Shown one piece after another: positions 1-13,600 of a DNA stretch of 64,000 nucleotides. Every line of letters begins with the position of its first letter. The first letter of the stretch is position 1. The stretch lies in the NCBI GenBank assembly GCA_030141605.1, contig JAQGDQ010000060.1, positions 1-64,000 on the forward strand. The letters run 5' to 3'. The stretch comes from Tubiluchus corallicola. Lineage: Eukaryota > Animalia > Priapulida. Position numbers and translations under genes: made by a program. The notes under the pieces were generated by a model. That model was not told where the DNA came from and did not search any database. It saw only the letters and a list, made by a program, of their open reading frames with translations.

Positions 1-200
1 TTTAGTGCAATCAAGTACACAAAAGTGACATTTGGTGCAATCAAGTACACAAAAGTGTCATTTGCTGCAAGCAATCAAGTACACAAAAGTGTCATTTACT
101 GCAAGCAATCAAGTACACAAAAGTGTCATTTACTGCAATCAAGTACACAAAAGTGTCATTTGCTGCAAGCAATCAAGTACACAAAAGTTTCATTTACTGC
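1..200. repeat. Minisatellite, ~29-37 bp unit (TGCAATCAAGTACACAAAAGTGTCATTT), ~6 copies, in PRPF18 intron 2
   Basis: Directly visible tandem copies; explains the repetitive ORFs at 25-234. Confidence 0.9.
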
Positions 201-266
201 GATCACCAAATGTTTAAGAATGCACATAAAATAAAGAAAGCACAAAAAATGATATGAAACACTCAC

Positions 267-1393
267 CTGTTCCTCTTTGCGCTCAAGAACTAAATTTTTT
301 TGAATATATTCTTCTCTCTGCTTTGCAACCAGATCTGCACGTTTGAAATACTTCTTATTGGGTGCCTACAACAAAAGAGAGTTTTCTAGTTCCTCTGTTC
401 AAGGGAAGATAAACACAAAGTAGGAATAATTTATCATTTTAAAAACATATAAAAAAGCGTACGTACATATGTGAATATAAATGTATTTGTGTATAAACAC
501 TAGCAAAACCATTTTTCCTGTTGTTCAGGAAGTTTATAGATTGTGTTTGTTTGCCTCAAGACTGGAGTGATGAAGCATTTTTGTCAAATCCTAAACAAGG
601 AGTAGTAATCAACGGAACATCTTATAGCTGGTGCTCTGTTTCTAGTGGCATTCTGCAAGGATCTATACTGGGTCCCGTTTTATTCCAACTCTCTGCCAAT
701 TAATTGCCAGATTCAATTACTTCACAAATTAGCATGTTTGCTGGCGACACAAAAATCTATCGTCGAGTTCTGACAATAGAAGGTTCAGTACATTTACAAC
801 AAGATTTATTTCATCTGGAAGCCTGTTCTGATAAATGGTTATTACAGTTTAATGCAGATAAGTGTGTAGTGTTGCAGCTTAAAGCTCACTCCAGCAGAGA
901 AGAAAATCAGCTGACTCGTATGAGGTATTTAAGTGCATAAATAGAGACAACCGCACTAGCTATGATACACTATATAAGGCTGCACCTGTGCTGTCCACTC
1001 ACGGTTAATTTCAGAAACTGCATAAACCTCATGCAAGAACTAATTGTAAAAGTTCATTTTTTCACACTGCGTAGTGAACAAGTGGGACAGCTTGCCAGAA
1101 AGGATGGCTAGTGCACTGAATTTAAACCTTTTTAAGCAAAAAAGATTGAGAGCTTCACGATAGCCATGCTTTAAAAAGCCAAAATTATTACGAAAGATTA
1201 AGAATCATTTTAACGGCTTTATCGTTCTGATTGTTCACGCCTGATCAATCGCGTCTAAGAGTAAGAGGTGTAAACAAACGCAGTTCATCCTTACACAATA
1301 GCAATACAAGAGCTGAGGAAAAAAATTTACCAATAAGTTCTTTTCTTCGAGCTGCTTTCGTTTCTTTTCTATCTCAGCTTTAAGAATATCCAT
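267..1393 (-). CDS. PRPF18: Pre-mRNA-splicing factor 18, 5' part (exons 1-2; gene runs off the left edge)
   Basis: Exon 1 1393-1331 (MDILKAEIEKKRKQLEEKNLL|gtaaa) and exon 2 365-267 (tgtag|APNKKYFKRADLVAKQREEYIQKNLVLERKEEQ|gtgagt) join in phase 0. This matches the recalled human PRPF18 N-terminus [33 protein letters not shown]. Confidence 0.9.
540..1170 (+). mobile_element. Degenerate CR1/L2-type LINE 3' fragment (reverse transcriptase)
   Basis: SGILQGSILGPVLF, MFAGDTKIYR and WLLQFNADKC motifs typical of CR1-group RT; interrupted by stops and frameshifts. Confidence 0.85.
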
Positions 1394-1627
1394 TTCACGC
1401 TAAAAAACAACTAAAACACAGTTAAAAGCTTGTAATCGACTCACATTTTCTCCAAAATTTTGTAAAATTTGTGACTACAGATGTGTTGCAGCGAAACTAC
1501 ACAAGTTACATCTTAGCAAAACGTGCGCCATCTATATTACAAAATTATGAGTATTCTGAAAATGGGTTAATTTATTCCAGTCTTGTGAGTTGTAGTGTGA
1601 GCTAACTGAGTTGAAGAGACGAGGAAA
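1394..1627. promoter_or_regulatory. Bidirectional promoter between PRPF18 and FBXL5
   Basis: The two ATGs are only 234 bp apart, head-to-head. Contains GCGCCATCTA (~1525), two ACTACA-like cores, and a YY1-like AAAATGGCG over the FBXL5 start. Confidence 0.7.
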
Positions 1628-4600
1628 ATGGCGCCTTTTCCAGAAGAGGTTGATGTTTTCACTATTCCCCATTCTAGGATGAAACAGCTAGTACAGATGT
1701 ATTCACAAAAGGTATGAACGTCAGTGAAGTTACTTATACTAATGTTAATGGTTGGAAAAAGTATATGTTTGCTGAAAGCGTCAAACACTACGTCTTCTCA
1801 AAATTCATGAAATCTGGGTCATTGCCATTGAACATTATAATTATTATATATTCATAATGACAGTTGTTAATTAGTACAAAGCTAGTTTTAGCTTGTATTT
1901 TGCATTCTCATCTTGTGACAGCTCCATATGTTGTAGCTATATAAATATATTGCGAGGGGGAAATTGGTCAAAATATTTTGCGATAGGCAAGCAGTTAAGT
2001 TCTAGATTATGATCAAAAAGATAATTTGTTCAAGAAGGTATTGTGTTTTACCATCCGTCCTGTTCTCTCAATTAAGCCTATTCTTCGTGCCACATTTTAC
2101 TGTTGTAAGTTTTTTTCGCAAATTTATCGCTGGCAAATTTACCACAGTAAAATAAAATTCTAGGTAAATATTTGAGTGAAGGTATTGCTACATTTTTAGG
2201 AGTAGAGTGTGGTGTTAAATCTAATTTACCTGGTTTTAATGCTTTTCCAGTCGTCGCAACAAGATTAATAGCACTAACCTGTAAAATATGGAACACCTAC
2301 AGAAAGTTAACATCAAAACAGAAATCTTTATAAAGTAATAGAGTGATAAAATTACTAATGAATTTTTATGCTTTTCTCTAGCCAATTTTGAAATATGGTA
2401 TGTAGTGATTGACGTAATGTCACTAGTAATCAGTTATTTGCCCGTAATTCGTAGGCCTATCGATTACTCTTACATCGTCATTTCTTATTATCTATGAGTG
2501 ATAGGTTTTGTGGATTTTTCAACAATTTAGCAGTTAAAACTACATTGGATTTTGCTTTCAGCTTATAAACACGAACTTCCAGAACGATTGTGACTTTCAA
2601 GGACTCCTCAATGACCTGCATGCAACATTCACAGAGTTCAAAACACATGAAACAATTGAAAATGAAGAAATTCTTCGACGCCTCAACAGAAAACTAAAAG
2701 TAAAACTAGTCTTTATTTAAGTAGACTATATGTATTAAGTAGTGCAAAGGGATAGTTAGTAGTATTTACCAAATTGGCATGCGCTTGACTGTTTGCTGAT
2801 CAAAACAATTTGAAGTGATTCACGCTACCGCTGTGGAGTATACTGTAGATACATATTCCTCTCAGTCAGTGCAGTGAGCAGTAGTTGACTTGATATAGGA
2901 ACTGCTAGCTGCCAAAGTGGTTGAGAATGCAAACTGTTTAATCTGCAGTAGGCTAGTTACGTTGTTTGCATATAAGCTTATGAAGTGACAAATGTGAATC
3001 AGAAAATGCACAAGCGACATTTAAACGTAAAGTATCAATATGTTTTGCTTTTCTGGTGGCTTGCGATGCAAACGATAACCTACACGTTACACAAGTAATA
3101 AATAAAAATCAAACAGTTTGTCGATTTATTTGTAAACCTAAAACTATTGATTGATAAAATATGTTTAGCATTTATTATAAATGGGTTCATCTAGTTTTTG
3201 TTCATAAAACCTGCAAATGTTAACTCAGGTATATCGTTACATCACTAATGTTTATTAACTTGTCTGATTAGATGAAATAAATTATTGTCAAGTCAAAGCA
3301 AAAAATAAACTATGTATCTTTAGGAAATCTTTCATTAAATTGATGTTAAAATTCTCAAGAACATGTTGTTCGTATAAAAAGTGCATTTATGTGTAATGAG
3401 TTCTTTCTTAATGCTTTGCATTTTCTCATAAATAAATAGCATTCAAATTTCATAATTAACAATCCTAATTAACTACTATTTTTTGCAAAATAAAGGCAAG
3501 TCTATACCACGTGCATGTATTTGCATACTGTTGTACTGTTTATGTATTTTCGCACAGGCATTGTCAATCACCAATGCGGCTGTCTGTGCTTGTCATTCCG
3601 ACAATCGGCTGTCCGCCATGTTGGACCTCCTGCACGACGGTTACCGTGCCAACCGCAAGACATTGGCAGACCGTCTCAACTTTGCCACGTTGCTGCAACA
3701 GGCTCTGGAAGAGTTCACGAATAAGTTTCTTCCGCACATGCAAGAAGAAGAAGAGGTACAGTTAATAAATAATTTTAAAGAATATTTTAAGAGTTACAGC
3801 AGCAGCAACAGTGACTGTATAAGGTTAATAACTTAATATTTTAACGTAAACCGATTATTTGTAAATTTAGCTGTACTATATTTGGAAACGTGTTTCATTC
3901 CGCTCTGTTTGCTCTCCAGATGTCCATACAGTTGTGTAAACACTTCAGAATGGAGAATGCTCAAAAATATTGAGAACTACAATAGCTTTTTTTAAATCAA
4001 ACTTAGATTAAATAATAATTACCTTGAATACTCAAATTTTGTTAAACTTTCAAAGCTACGCACCGGTCAGTAAATCTACTAAGATTGGCAATGGCACCAT
4101 TTTGTCGATAAATAGTGGCCGATAAATAGAAAGCGGTAACGTGATCACCATGATCACAAATTGCGGCGTTAGTTTCTGATGTCATATGGTGTAGAACCAA
4201 TTTTCATGACATTACTTACACAAACTTACACAAACGTGCTTGACGTGGTTTGCCTTTAAGAAATTGTTGAAATGTTTTTGTTAATGTTCTAAATTCAATG
4301 TTTTCTCACATTTTCGAGGTCCTCTGTTGAAAACACTGACTGTTTTATGTAAATTTTAGAAAAAATATTGTTAAAGGAAAACTGAACGTTTTCCGTTAAT
4401 AAAAACAAGAACAATAGGTTAAGATTATGCATGTGAATTATCAGTAGTAAAAAAAGATTTTTCTGATTGTTGACGCAGGTGTTTCAGCCACTTCTGATAA
4501 AATATTTCACCTATGATGAGCTGAAGAAACTGAAAGAGATTGTGATAAACAAACACAAGCACTGGAAGGAACAGATGCTAGCACAATGCTATGTGCAAGA

Positions 4601-7600
4601 TCAGAAGTAAGCTTAGATAATTAACTAATTGACATTAATGAGTTAATGGCAAGGAAAAATATGGATGACATAAATATAACAGACATTAACCTGCTGTTAA
4701 ATGTCACAACTTTTATTAAATGATAAATTTATTGATATTACAGTAAGAGCCGTTTATTAGTCTCGCGGTTAATAGAATCGGTCACCTAATTGACTCGCAA
4801 GCTTCTAGTACGGATCGCTTCTGTTCAAATGTATATAAAACATTTATATACGAGTCAACCATTGAACTTTCATTCACATGCCTAGTGGCTCGTTTTAGAA
4901 ACTGTTGCGGCCTTTCACAGAACGTATAACTGTTACTGTTATTCCACCAATGCATTTGCAGGGATCTGGCAGTGTTCTTCGCGACTTTAGAAGTGGAAGG
5001 ATCATAGAGTAGCTAAGAGCATTGAGTTAATTTTCAGAAAAATACAGCAGGATAGTTAGCCTAAAGAAGTAATATTTCAAGCTGTTGCAGCCTTTGCAGT
5101 GCATCTAAGAGCATTGAGTTAATTTTTGAAAAATACAGCAGGATAGTTAGCCTAAAGAAGTAATATTTCAAGCTCTCGCAGCCTTTGCAGTGCATCTAAG
5201 AGCATTGATTTAATTTTTGAAAAATACAGCAGGATAGTTAGCCTAAAGAGGTAATATTTCAAGCTCTCGCAGCCTTTGCAGTGCATCTAAGAGCATTGAG
5301 TAAATTTTTGAAAAATACGGCAGGATAGTTAGCCTAAAGAAGTAATATTTCAAGCTGTTGCAGCCTTTGCAGTGCATCTAAGAGCATTGAGTTAATTTTT
5401 GAAAAATACAGCAGAATAGTTAGCCTAAAGAGGTAATATTTCAAGCTCTTGCAGCCTTTGCAGTGCATACTAAGCTGAAGAGTGATGACTCTTTCTTCCA
5501 TACTAGTAATAGTACAAACCATCTGCTAATAGATTCAGTCAGTTAATTAGGTCAAACCAGTTCCATGCCAAAGTGAGTCTATTAAGCTCTACCTACTGTA
5601 TGAAACTTTTTAAAACACATGAGCATGATCACCTATTTGCTCATTTTTATCACACAAAATGTATCATATTGGGCTGTTTCGGGATTCCAAATTCTTCTTG
5701 CTCACATTTTCAGTAGTCATTACCCCTGACCCTAAATATTATAGACGCTTTTCGACATATTAGGTTGGCGATGTTGCTTTAAAACCAGCCATGTCTAAAA
5801 CATGCTTGTCTAGAGTAGTGCCGTTGTTTGTTTCTACCAATGTGCGTATCCTGTTCTTTTTCTTTTTTTTTTGGCAAAGTGCCAATCATATTTAAAATTA
5901 TTTTGAAAGTGCACATGCAGATTTTTCTAAACTTTAAAGGTTGTATTAAATTGGCTTGTTAGAGAAGCAGGTGTAACAACTAGCAAGGAGGTTTAAAATA
6001 TCTCAGTATATTTTTAATAACTCTATTAAATTAAAAGAGCAATCAGAAATTTAAGTACCTTTTGACTTATTTAGCAGTGGGACTCTTCCAGTGGATGAAA
6101 AGGAAGATACTGAAAGCGAAAAAGAAGATGTTGCGGAAAAGTTTCACCTAGAAACGTTAGAAAAAGAGGAAGAGAAACCTGGTAAGTCATAGTGGTAGAA
6201 AGATTCCGGTGCAATCAAGCAGCAAAACATTCTTATTGTGAAATGACGTTATTACATTCACAGTCAAAACCACGCCTAATATGTTTAGCAGTCTCTGAGT
6301 CTACGGACGAATTTCCGCAGAATTTAAAGATTTAAATTCTTTAGACATCACAAGATGAGAGAATTAGAAACTAATGTGCAATCATTGGCTCAAAATTGTG
6401 CCCAAACTGTCGACGCTGACTATAAAAAAAATCAGTAATCAGCTTGTAATTGTAGATTGTGCTTTAGACTATAAATGATCCTAGTCTATGATCATCGTAA
6501 CTATAGAATGACATCCGTTCCGCCCCCAAAATCATGATTCTAGCGGAAACTTTCTAATAATCTTGCTGCTGTTGATTCTTACTTTCCTCTTTTTTCTAAC
6601 TGCTTGGTGCATTGCGTTTTTGTTACGTTACATTTTATGAAAGTGAAAGCACCTATATGTAGGTTTTGCATGTTTAGCTTGAGTTCTGTGAGTGATTAAA
6701 ACCTAAAGAGGGCCTAAGTAGTGAAAAGATTATCGAGTTCTCTTCATACGTGTCTAATTCATAATATAAACAATACTAAACTTCAAAATGAAATTTTATT
6801 TTTTGAAATGAAAAACTTGCTGTTAAGATTTATTTACAGTAAATGCTAGGACAACTAAAGCAATATTATCCTGTTTTCAGTATCACATTTCTATAAGCAT
6901 AACCACACATGAAGTACACTATGACACATTATATAATCAACCAGTCTCATTGTATGGACAGTGAGTAGCTCTGGCTGCTCTGTAGCCAAAGTCTCGATGC
7001 TCATTTGTACCATCATATTGTAAACAAACATGTAAACCGCCACACATATTTCAATATTTATATACTTTCGTTCAATTATTTGATTTGAAAAAACTGTGTG
7101 GGACCCTTCCTCTACTGAGACCCTAAGCAGGTGCTTATTTTGCCTAATGTTTAATCCACAGCTGGGTTTGTCACTTTGCGACATTGTGATTAATGTTTAG
7201 CACACAGTCAGTTGTACTGTACACATCTGTATATCTAGATAACAGCTGTGGGTATAGATTTTTAGATAGCTGGCTTATAAGATACCGTATTGCTGATCCT
7301 AGCTTCATATTTTGTACCATATTTGCATAGCAAACGTAGATTAATTTGTAGCTTGGCACACACTGGGTTACCTAGATAACAGATGTGGGTACAGATTTTT
7401 AGATAACTGCCTTATAAGATACGGTATTGCTGATCCTAGCTTTATATTTTGTACCATATTTGCGTAGCAAACTTTGGCAAACGTAGATTAATGTGCAACT
7501 TGTCGCACATTGGGTTACTTGTAAATAAACGCAGGCTTAAAAATTCTTCTTGACCTAGCAGAAAAGGACTTGTTGCTTGCTGTATTATGGTATTCACTGG

Positions 7601-10600
7601 AATGAATTAATAAACTGCATCTTGACCTGTATAACATTCATTATAAATGTACTAGAATAGCAGATCCAGATTTTTACATGATGTATGCACATTTTAAAAA
7701 TGTGTTTCGCTCAGTTTTGCTAACAAATTTTTACAGCTGTTTAAGTTTGTCTATTTTTTTCTGAGAACAAATTTGTTTACAAGGAAGTTAAAAATATTTT
7801 TATTGGAAAGAGCGAATGTCATTGAATGATTATTAAAGGTTGTGTTTTTTACAAAAGTTTTTAACTGATGGCATTGCATTGTAGAAGATTCGGCTAGCAT
7901 TGCACGGCTGCCACCAGAACTACTAGTAGAAATATTTTCTTACTTGGGACCTCGTGACCTTGGCCATTGTGCACAGGTGTGTCACCAATGGTCTGACGAA
8001 GCCAAAGATCCTAGTTTATGGAAACGTATTCAGCCACTGCGATGGCTTCGTGGTAAGTAAATTACTACTGCTGATGCAAAAATTCTTTATGTTCAAAAAT
8101 ATGTGCTCTGTTTTTGCCTCCTAAGTGCTGGTTTTCACTTGTTATGTGATGTGAAATTTTAATATTCTGTTCATATTAGTTCATTATATTGTATATTGTA
8201 TTCTGTTCTATTTATATTAGTATATTTAGTATACTAAAGATAGCTAAAAAATTATAGAGTGCTAACAATCAAAAGTGCTCTCACAGTCCCACATGAGCGC
8301 GACTTAATTTATTAATTGTACAAAACTAAATACGACTCTTATTTCTTACTATTTTTTAAGCAAATTAACTTTAAACCGCTGCTTTCGATAAATTCATCGT
8401 AGGCTCCATACTTAGTGCGTGCACACACTTGCGTGTTGGGGTGCGCCGCTTGAATTATGCGGGCCCGACTTGCGTCCAGTTCCTCTTACGATCAATCTGC
8501 TGAAACCGATTGTGGTCGTAAGTCAATTGCTATCTGTCATGCATTCAGTTCTTTTTCTTCTTTTTATTTTTTTTCAGTTCAATTTTAATTTATTTATCTC
8601 TTTGTAATACTACAATAAAACATGATTAATAAAAGAATCTCTAATAAGTTTTGAAGAATGGTTAAAATGAATAGATAGATCTAGAACTAGAGAAAGGATA
8701 GCGAAAAGACTATAAAGTCACCTAGTCTGCTATCCTTTACCGAATATAGATAAAATTATCTTTAGACACTGGTGGGCATTTTGTTATCAGTTTAATTTAG
8801 GAAACATTAATAATTTTAAAATTATGACATTTGCTATATAATTAAGTAATCCAGAGTAAAGAAAATACATGTACTTTAATTAGTGGGCAACAAAATAAGG
8901 TCAATCTTGATTAAACTAAAAATAGCATTTAGATTTTATGTGAAATACAGGTCAAAAGTGTTATGAAATGATAAAAACGCTTTGGGTTAATAATGCAGTT
9001 AATTATTATTATAATGATGTTATTATTAACATCATTTTATTTTGAGCAAACTTTACATAAGTAATTCATAAAAAAGTGTCATCGGTCAAGATTATTCATA
9101 CCATGAGCAATAAAAGCAACGTAACGATAGTAAAAAGAATTAATCAGCCTAGTATTTCTGTTAAATTATATAAGAAGTACAATGTCTTTCAAATTAACAT
9201 GTTAAAATATAATCTAGAATTGATTGCAGCTATGCTGTGTTTAAAAAATTAAAATCGTTACATTCTAAGCATTCGATGCAGTCTCTAGCAATATTAACAA
9301 TTACCTGTTGGTTTCCTATCAAAGCCGTTTTTCCTCACTGATCTCCTTGCCAAAATATTAAATCCAATTTATAACTGATAACTACTACAGTTCAATTTGC
9401 AACATATATGACGTGAATTAAAACCCATTACTGATTTAACAGTAAACAGAACTTCGTGCACCACAACCTTAATAATGTTACTGCTTTGTTTATAGTTAAC
9501 GTAGCATTTAATAAAACGCTTGACAAACTGTTGACTTGGATGTACAATATTGGTAATTTAAGGTAATATGTAAGTGTGCACTCGATATGGGATGCACCAT
9601 AACTTACACACGGCAATATTCCAGGAAATATCGATAAATTTTAAATTACAAGTATCTAGACACCATGGCTGGCTTCCATAGAAACTGTGACAATAACTAT
9701 CACGTTTTTTCTAGACTAGTTCATATTTAAAGTGAGGCTAACAAGCTTTTGTTTTTGGCTACGAATGTTTATTTATTACAGGTGACTGGAGCTTTTCACC
9801 TGAGAATGACTGCAAGGAAGAACCAGCTGAGAAAGTGCCACTCTTTGACCAAGTATTAATTACGTACAATGAGAGTGACTGGTCTCCGTGTCGCGACGAA
9901 GATGCAGACATTGACGAATCGTCAGACAGTGATTCTGGCAGTATTTCAGGCGCTACAGGTACATTTTAATGGATTAACAAGATTTAACCGATGGACTAGC
10001 TGCTAAAATTGACGTCTAGTGTTGTTGAAACCAGTGCTCAACGCATTTTTAATGTTGAGCTCAAGCCACAGTTTTGTCCGTAACTACTTCAATATTCTAT
10101 GTGCGATAGACGAAAAAAGTTAGGAAGGTACAGCGTGACATCACTGGTATCTCGCGCTGTACCGAATCATCAGATAGTGAGTTTGGCAGTATTTCTGGCA
10201 CTGCAGACACATTTTAATGGATTTGTTGTAGTGAAAAAAAATTTTACTGTTGAGCTACCAGCTCAAATTAACCTCTAGCAGCTCAACTAGTTTAATACAC
10301 TATGTGCGATAGAAGCAAAAAAATTAACGAGCTACAGCATGCGAAAATTTTATATGACATCACTTATATCTCGCGCTGCGCTGCTTTATTGCAGTGCCGC
10401 TAAATTTCTTGATTTCTGATCATTCCTGCCTTTTAAATTTAGTACAGCCAGGTTGCCTTGTGGCACTCAAAAGAGAGTCATCTTTTTATTATTTATGAAA
10501 TTGTAAAAGAATGGTAGATTCACAGGTTTGATTGATGAGAAAAGAACAGAAGAGAATCTTGTCTATTCGTTACGGATGACGATTTTGAGTCTCACCAAGT

Positions 10601-13600
10601 TATGCGGTCTGACTTAAAAGCAACTTTGAGATTAGACAGCAGAAAACTAGAAACTTACAGCTGTTCTTTTGGTCATGCGGTTGAGTATGAGATATGGAGA
10701 ATAAGCCTTTACACAGTTTTGCTATGTGCACCCACAGTTCATGTAGGCCAAAGGTTAAGTGTTCCATAGCAACACGTTTTAACTACAGTCGTCACATGAC
10801 TTGTGGATAAAACAAAGCCATCTGCAGCATCGGCTAAGTAACTGTGAAAAGGCTTATTAGTTGTACCTGTCAAAAATGAATGCCACATGTCTTGGTAAGT
10901 GGAAACGCAAAATAGTTCACACACAAACATTTGTTTTTGTGGTATTTTCAGAATTGGAGCAGAGCTGGCTATCGCAAGAAAAAGAAGCACGTTGTCTGAA
11001 CGCTATCACTAATCAGCTTTTGCCTCGCGTTGGACGCGGAGTAGAATTCTTGGACGTGTCGCGTAGTTCTGCTCTTGGAAATCGCATGGTAAGTCACTTA
11101 TTCGTGTCTTTTGTTTACTTTTTCTATTTCCTGTCATACTTGCGATACTTTGCATTTTTCATGCTCATCTGTGGTTGTTTATTGCAGCTACGGAAAATGC
11201 TGTACAGTTGTCCGAATTTACGGCATCTTAATTTGGCATACACTCGCGTTTCAGATGCCTGCTTCAAAGGGTAAGTTATTTTATTTATTCTAGTACATTT
11301 TTAACTTTAGTCCGTACCAAGATAACAACAACATTGCTTTATTTATTAAGTATCTGTCATATCATTAACATTGCCTTAGGCTAAAGTTGCATGTTGAAAT
11401 GGTAAAAAGATATTCCAAGATGTTAGTTGAATGTTTAATCTTCTCATTTCAGTTTGAACGGTTACTTAACGAGACTAGAAAGCATCGATTTAAGCGGTTG
11501 CGTCAACATTAGTGATATAGGCCTGGAACGCTTTGCATGTTCTCTTGTTCCGGAGGGAACAATGGAGTACTATGTACGTAATTACTCAGACAGCGAGTGT
11601 CAGGAGGCGGGCACGACAGACGTCGTTCTGCATAGCTCGTTGAGTGATTGTGCATCGAGTCAAAGCTGCGGTTTAGGAAGCCATTGCTGTCAGAGGCGTC
11701 AAACAAACCAGGCTGGTGACGACTCGTTGCAATTGTGCCCGATGGATTACGACTGTGATAATGTGACCGTGCGGTCGATTGAAAGTTGCCACGTGACAAA
11801 ATTAACTTCGAGTGCATGTAGTTTGGAGAACTCTGCTTCCCGACCGTCATTGAGTCAACGTATGGATGTTGACAAAGATTTTGATGACTGTGATGTTGAC
11901 GATGGCATTCCCAAAGCAAAGTTGAAATATCTTTGCTTGTCCGGACTTTCACTGCTAACAGCTTATGGACTCAGGTATAGCACTTATCAAACATTTGCCA
12001 GTGTCACATACGTATAAAATTTCTTAGGTTCTCATCATCTAGCACAGCGTAGCATTTCTATCATTATTTTCAGTGGTGGCTTATAGTTACATACGTGCTA
12101 CTGGGTGTGCTGCCATTGTTTTAATATTGTGTAAAATTAAACAAACGTATACAATGAAAACCTAGTCAAAACAAATGCTACCTTACACTAGCACAACAGG
12201 GTCGGTACTGCGCGAACGACAGTGCTGCCTCTACCTAGCGGGCAGCTTCTTACCTTGGACATGTGCGCATGGCCACATACACACAACAGCAAAATACCTT
12301 GTTGATCGAACTGTGAAGCGCACAGTTCCGTACAAGGATCTGTGTAATTTTAACATAAACTAGGCCTAGTGATGACTACTGACACTAAACTTAAGAATTA
12401 TATAACAAGTATAAAGAAAGATTTAAAGAAAAGAAAAACTCATTATGCTGAATATTATCGATAATATCGAGTGAAAATAGGGGGTCCTATAGTTCTACGG
12501 TGCTTATATACCAGTCGCCACTGATTATTTTATACATAAAACTTGCAATAAACGCTGAGGGTTTAAGTCTTGTACATGTTACTTAGTATAGCTGCTACAT
12601 GTGAACAAATGGTGCAAACAGCTGTAAATTCTTGTCAAGTGAAGCAGCCATCTTTGTCAATTTAAAACGTTTTGACTTGTAATGTGCTGTATCGTGTCTG
12701 ACGTGCATTTTTGAATTTTGCGTTGAGGGTAGTAGTCCGTTTAATTTGATGAATGCTTATTTAACTACTAGACGATTAAAGTTAGGCATTGCTAGGTTTG
12801 ATTAGTTAATGTATAGGTGACTGTCTGAAAACTGATTAAGGGAGAGTGCATATATACAGGGCTGTGGAATTGGTAAGTTAAACTCCTGACTCTGACTCCG
12901 ACTCGTAAAATTTTAGATCCAATTCCGACTCTGACTCCGACTCCTAAAATGTTAGGAGCCCCGGCTCCTGCATTTAAACAATAGTTTGTAGTACTATCAA
13001 TATTTAGCTACAATAGCATTTCGTCACTACATCTTATGCTCGAAAAACAGGTCTAACTGCATAGACACCAATACGAAAGTGTCATTATGTATAAATGCAT
13101 TGAGTTAAAAGTAACTGAAGTTTGACTTTGTCTATTTTTTCCGACTCCAATACCGGCTCCTCTAAAAATAAGTGTACTTCCGAGTCCCGACTCCGACTCC
13201 AAAGCCCTATGATTTAACAACTCCGACTCCTTTAGCAGTAAATTTACTACTGACTCCTTTAGCAGTAAATTTACTACCGACTCCACAGCCCTGCATATCT
13301 GTCAGTTCCAAATCTTGGAACATTATTCCCGAACTTAATTAGGTTTCGTTTTGCGCGGCAACCATCACATAATAAAGATCCTGTGTTATTGATTGCTGGA
13401 TCCTAAATTGGGGACATCAGTGGCTTTGTAGGTACTAAAGTTGCCCATCTTAGTTCTAAAATTAATTTAGCGAACATTAATATTAAATTTAATGATATTA
13501 TCAAACTGTAATACTAATACTCTTGCTATTTTACAAACTATTTTAGTGACTATTCAATCTTATAATTGCATGACTATGTTTTGCATCATATACACTTTAC

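Noticed and set aside
11509-11952. 147-aa antisense ORF, and likewise 57225-57653
   Set aside because: Shadow ORFs opposite real exons of FBXL5 and FBXO7.
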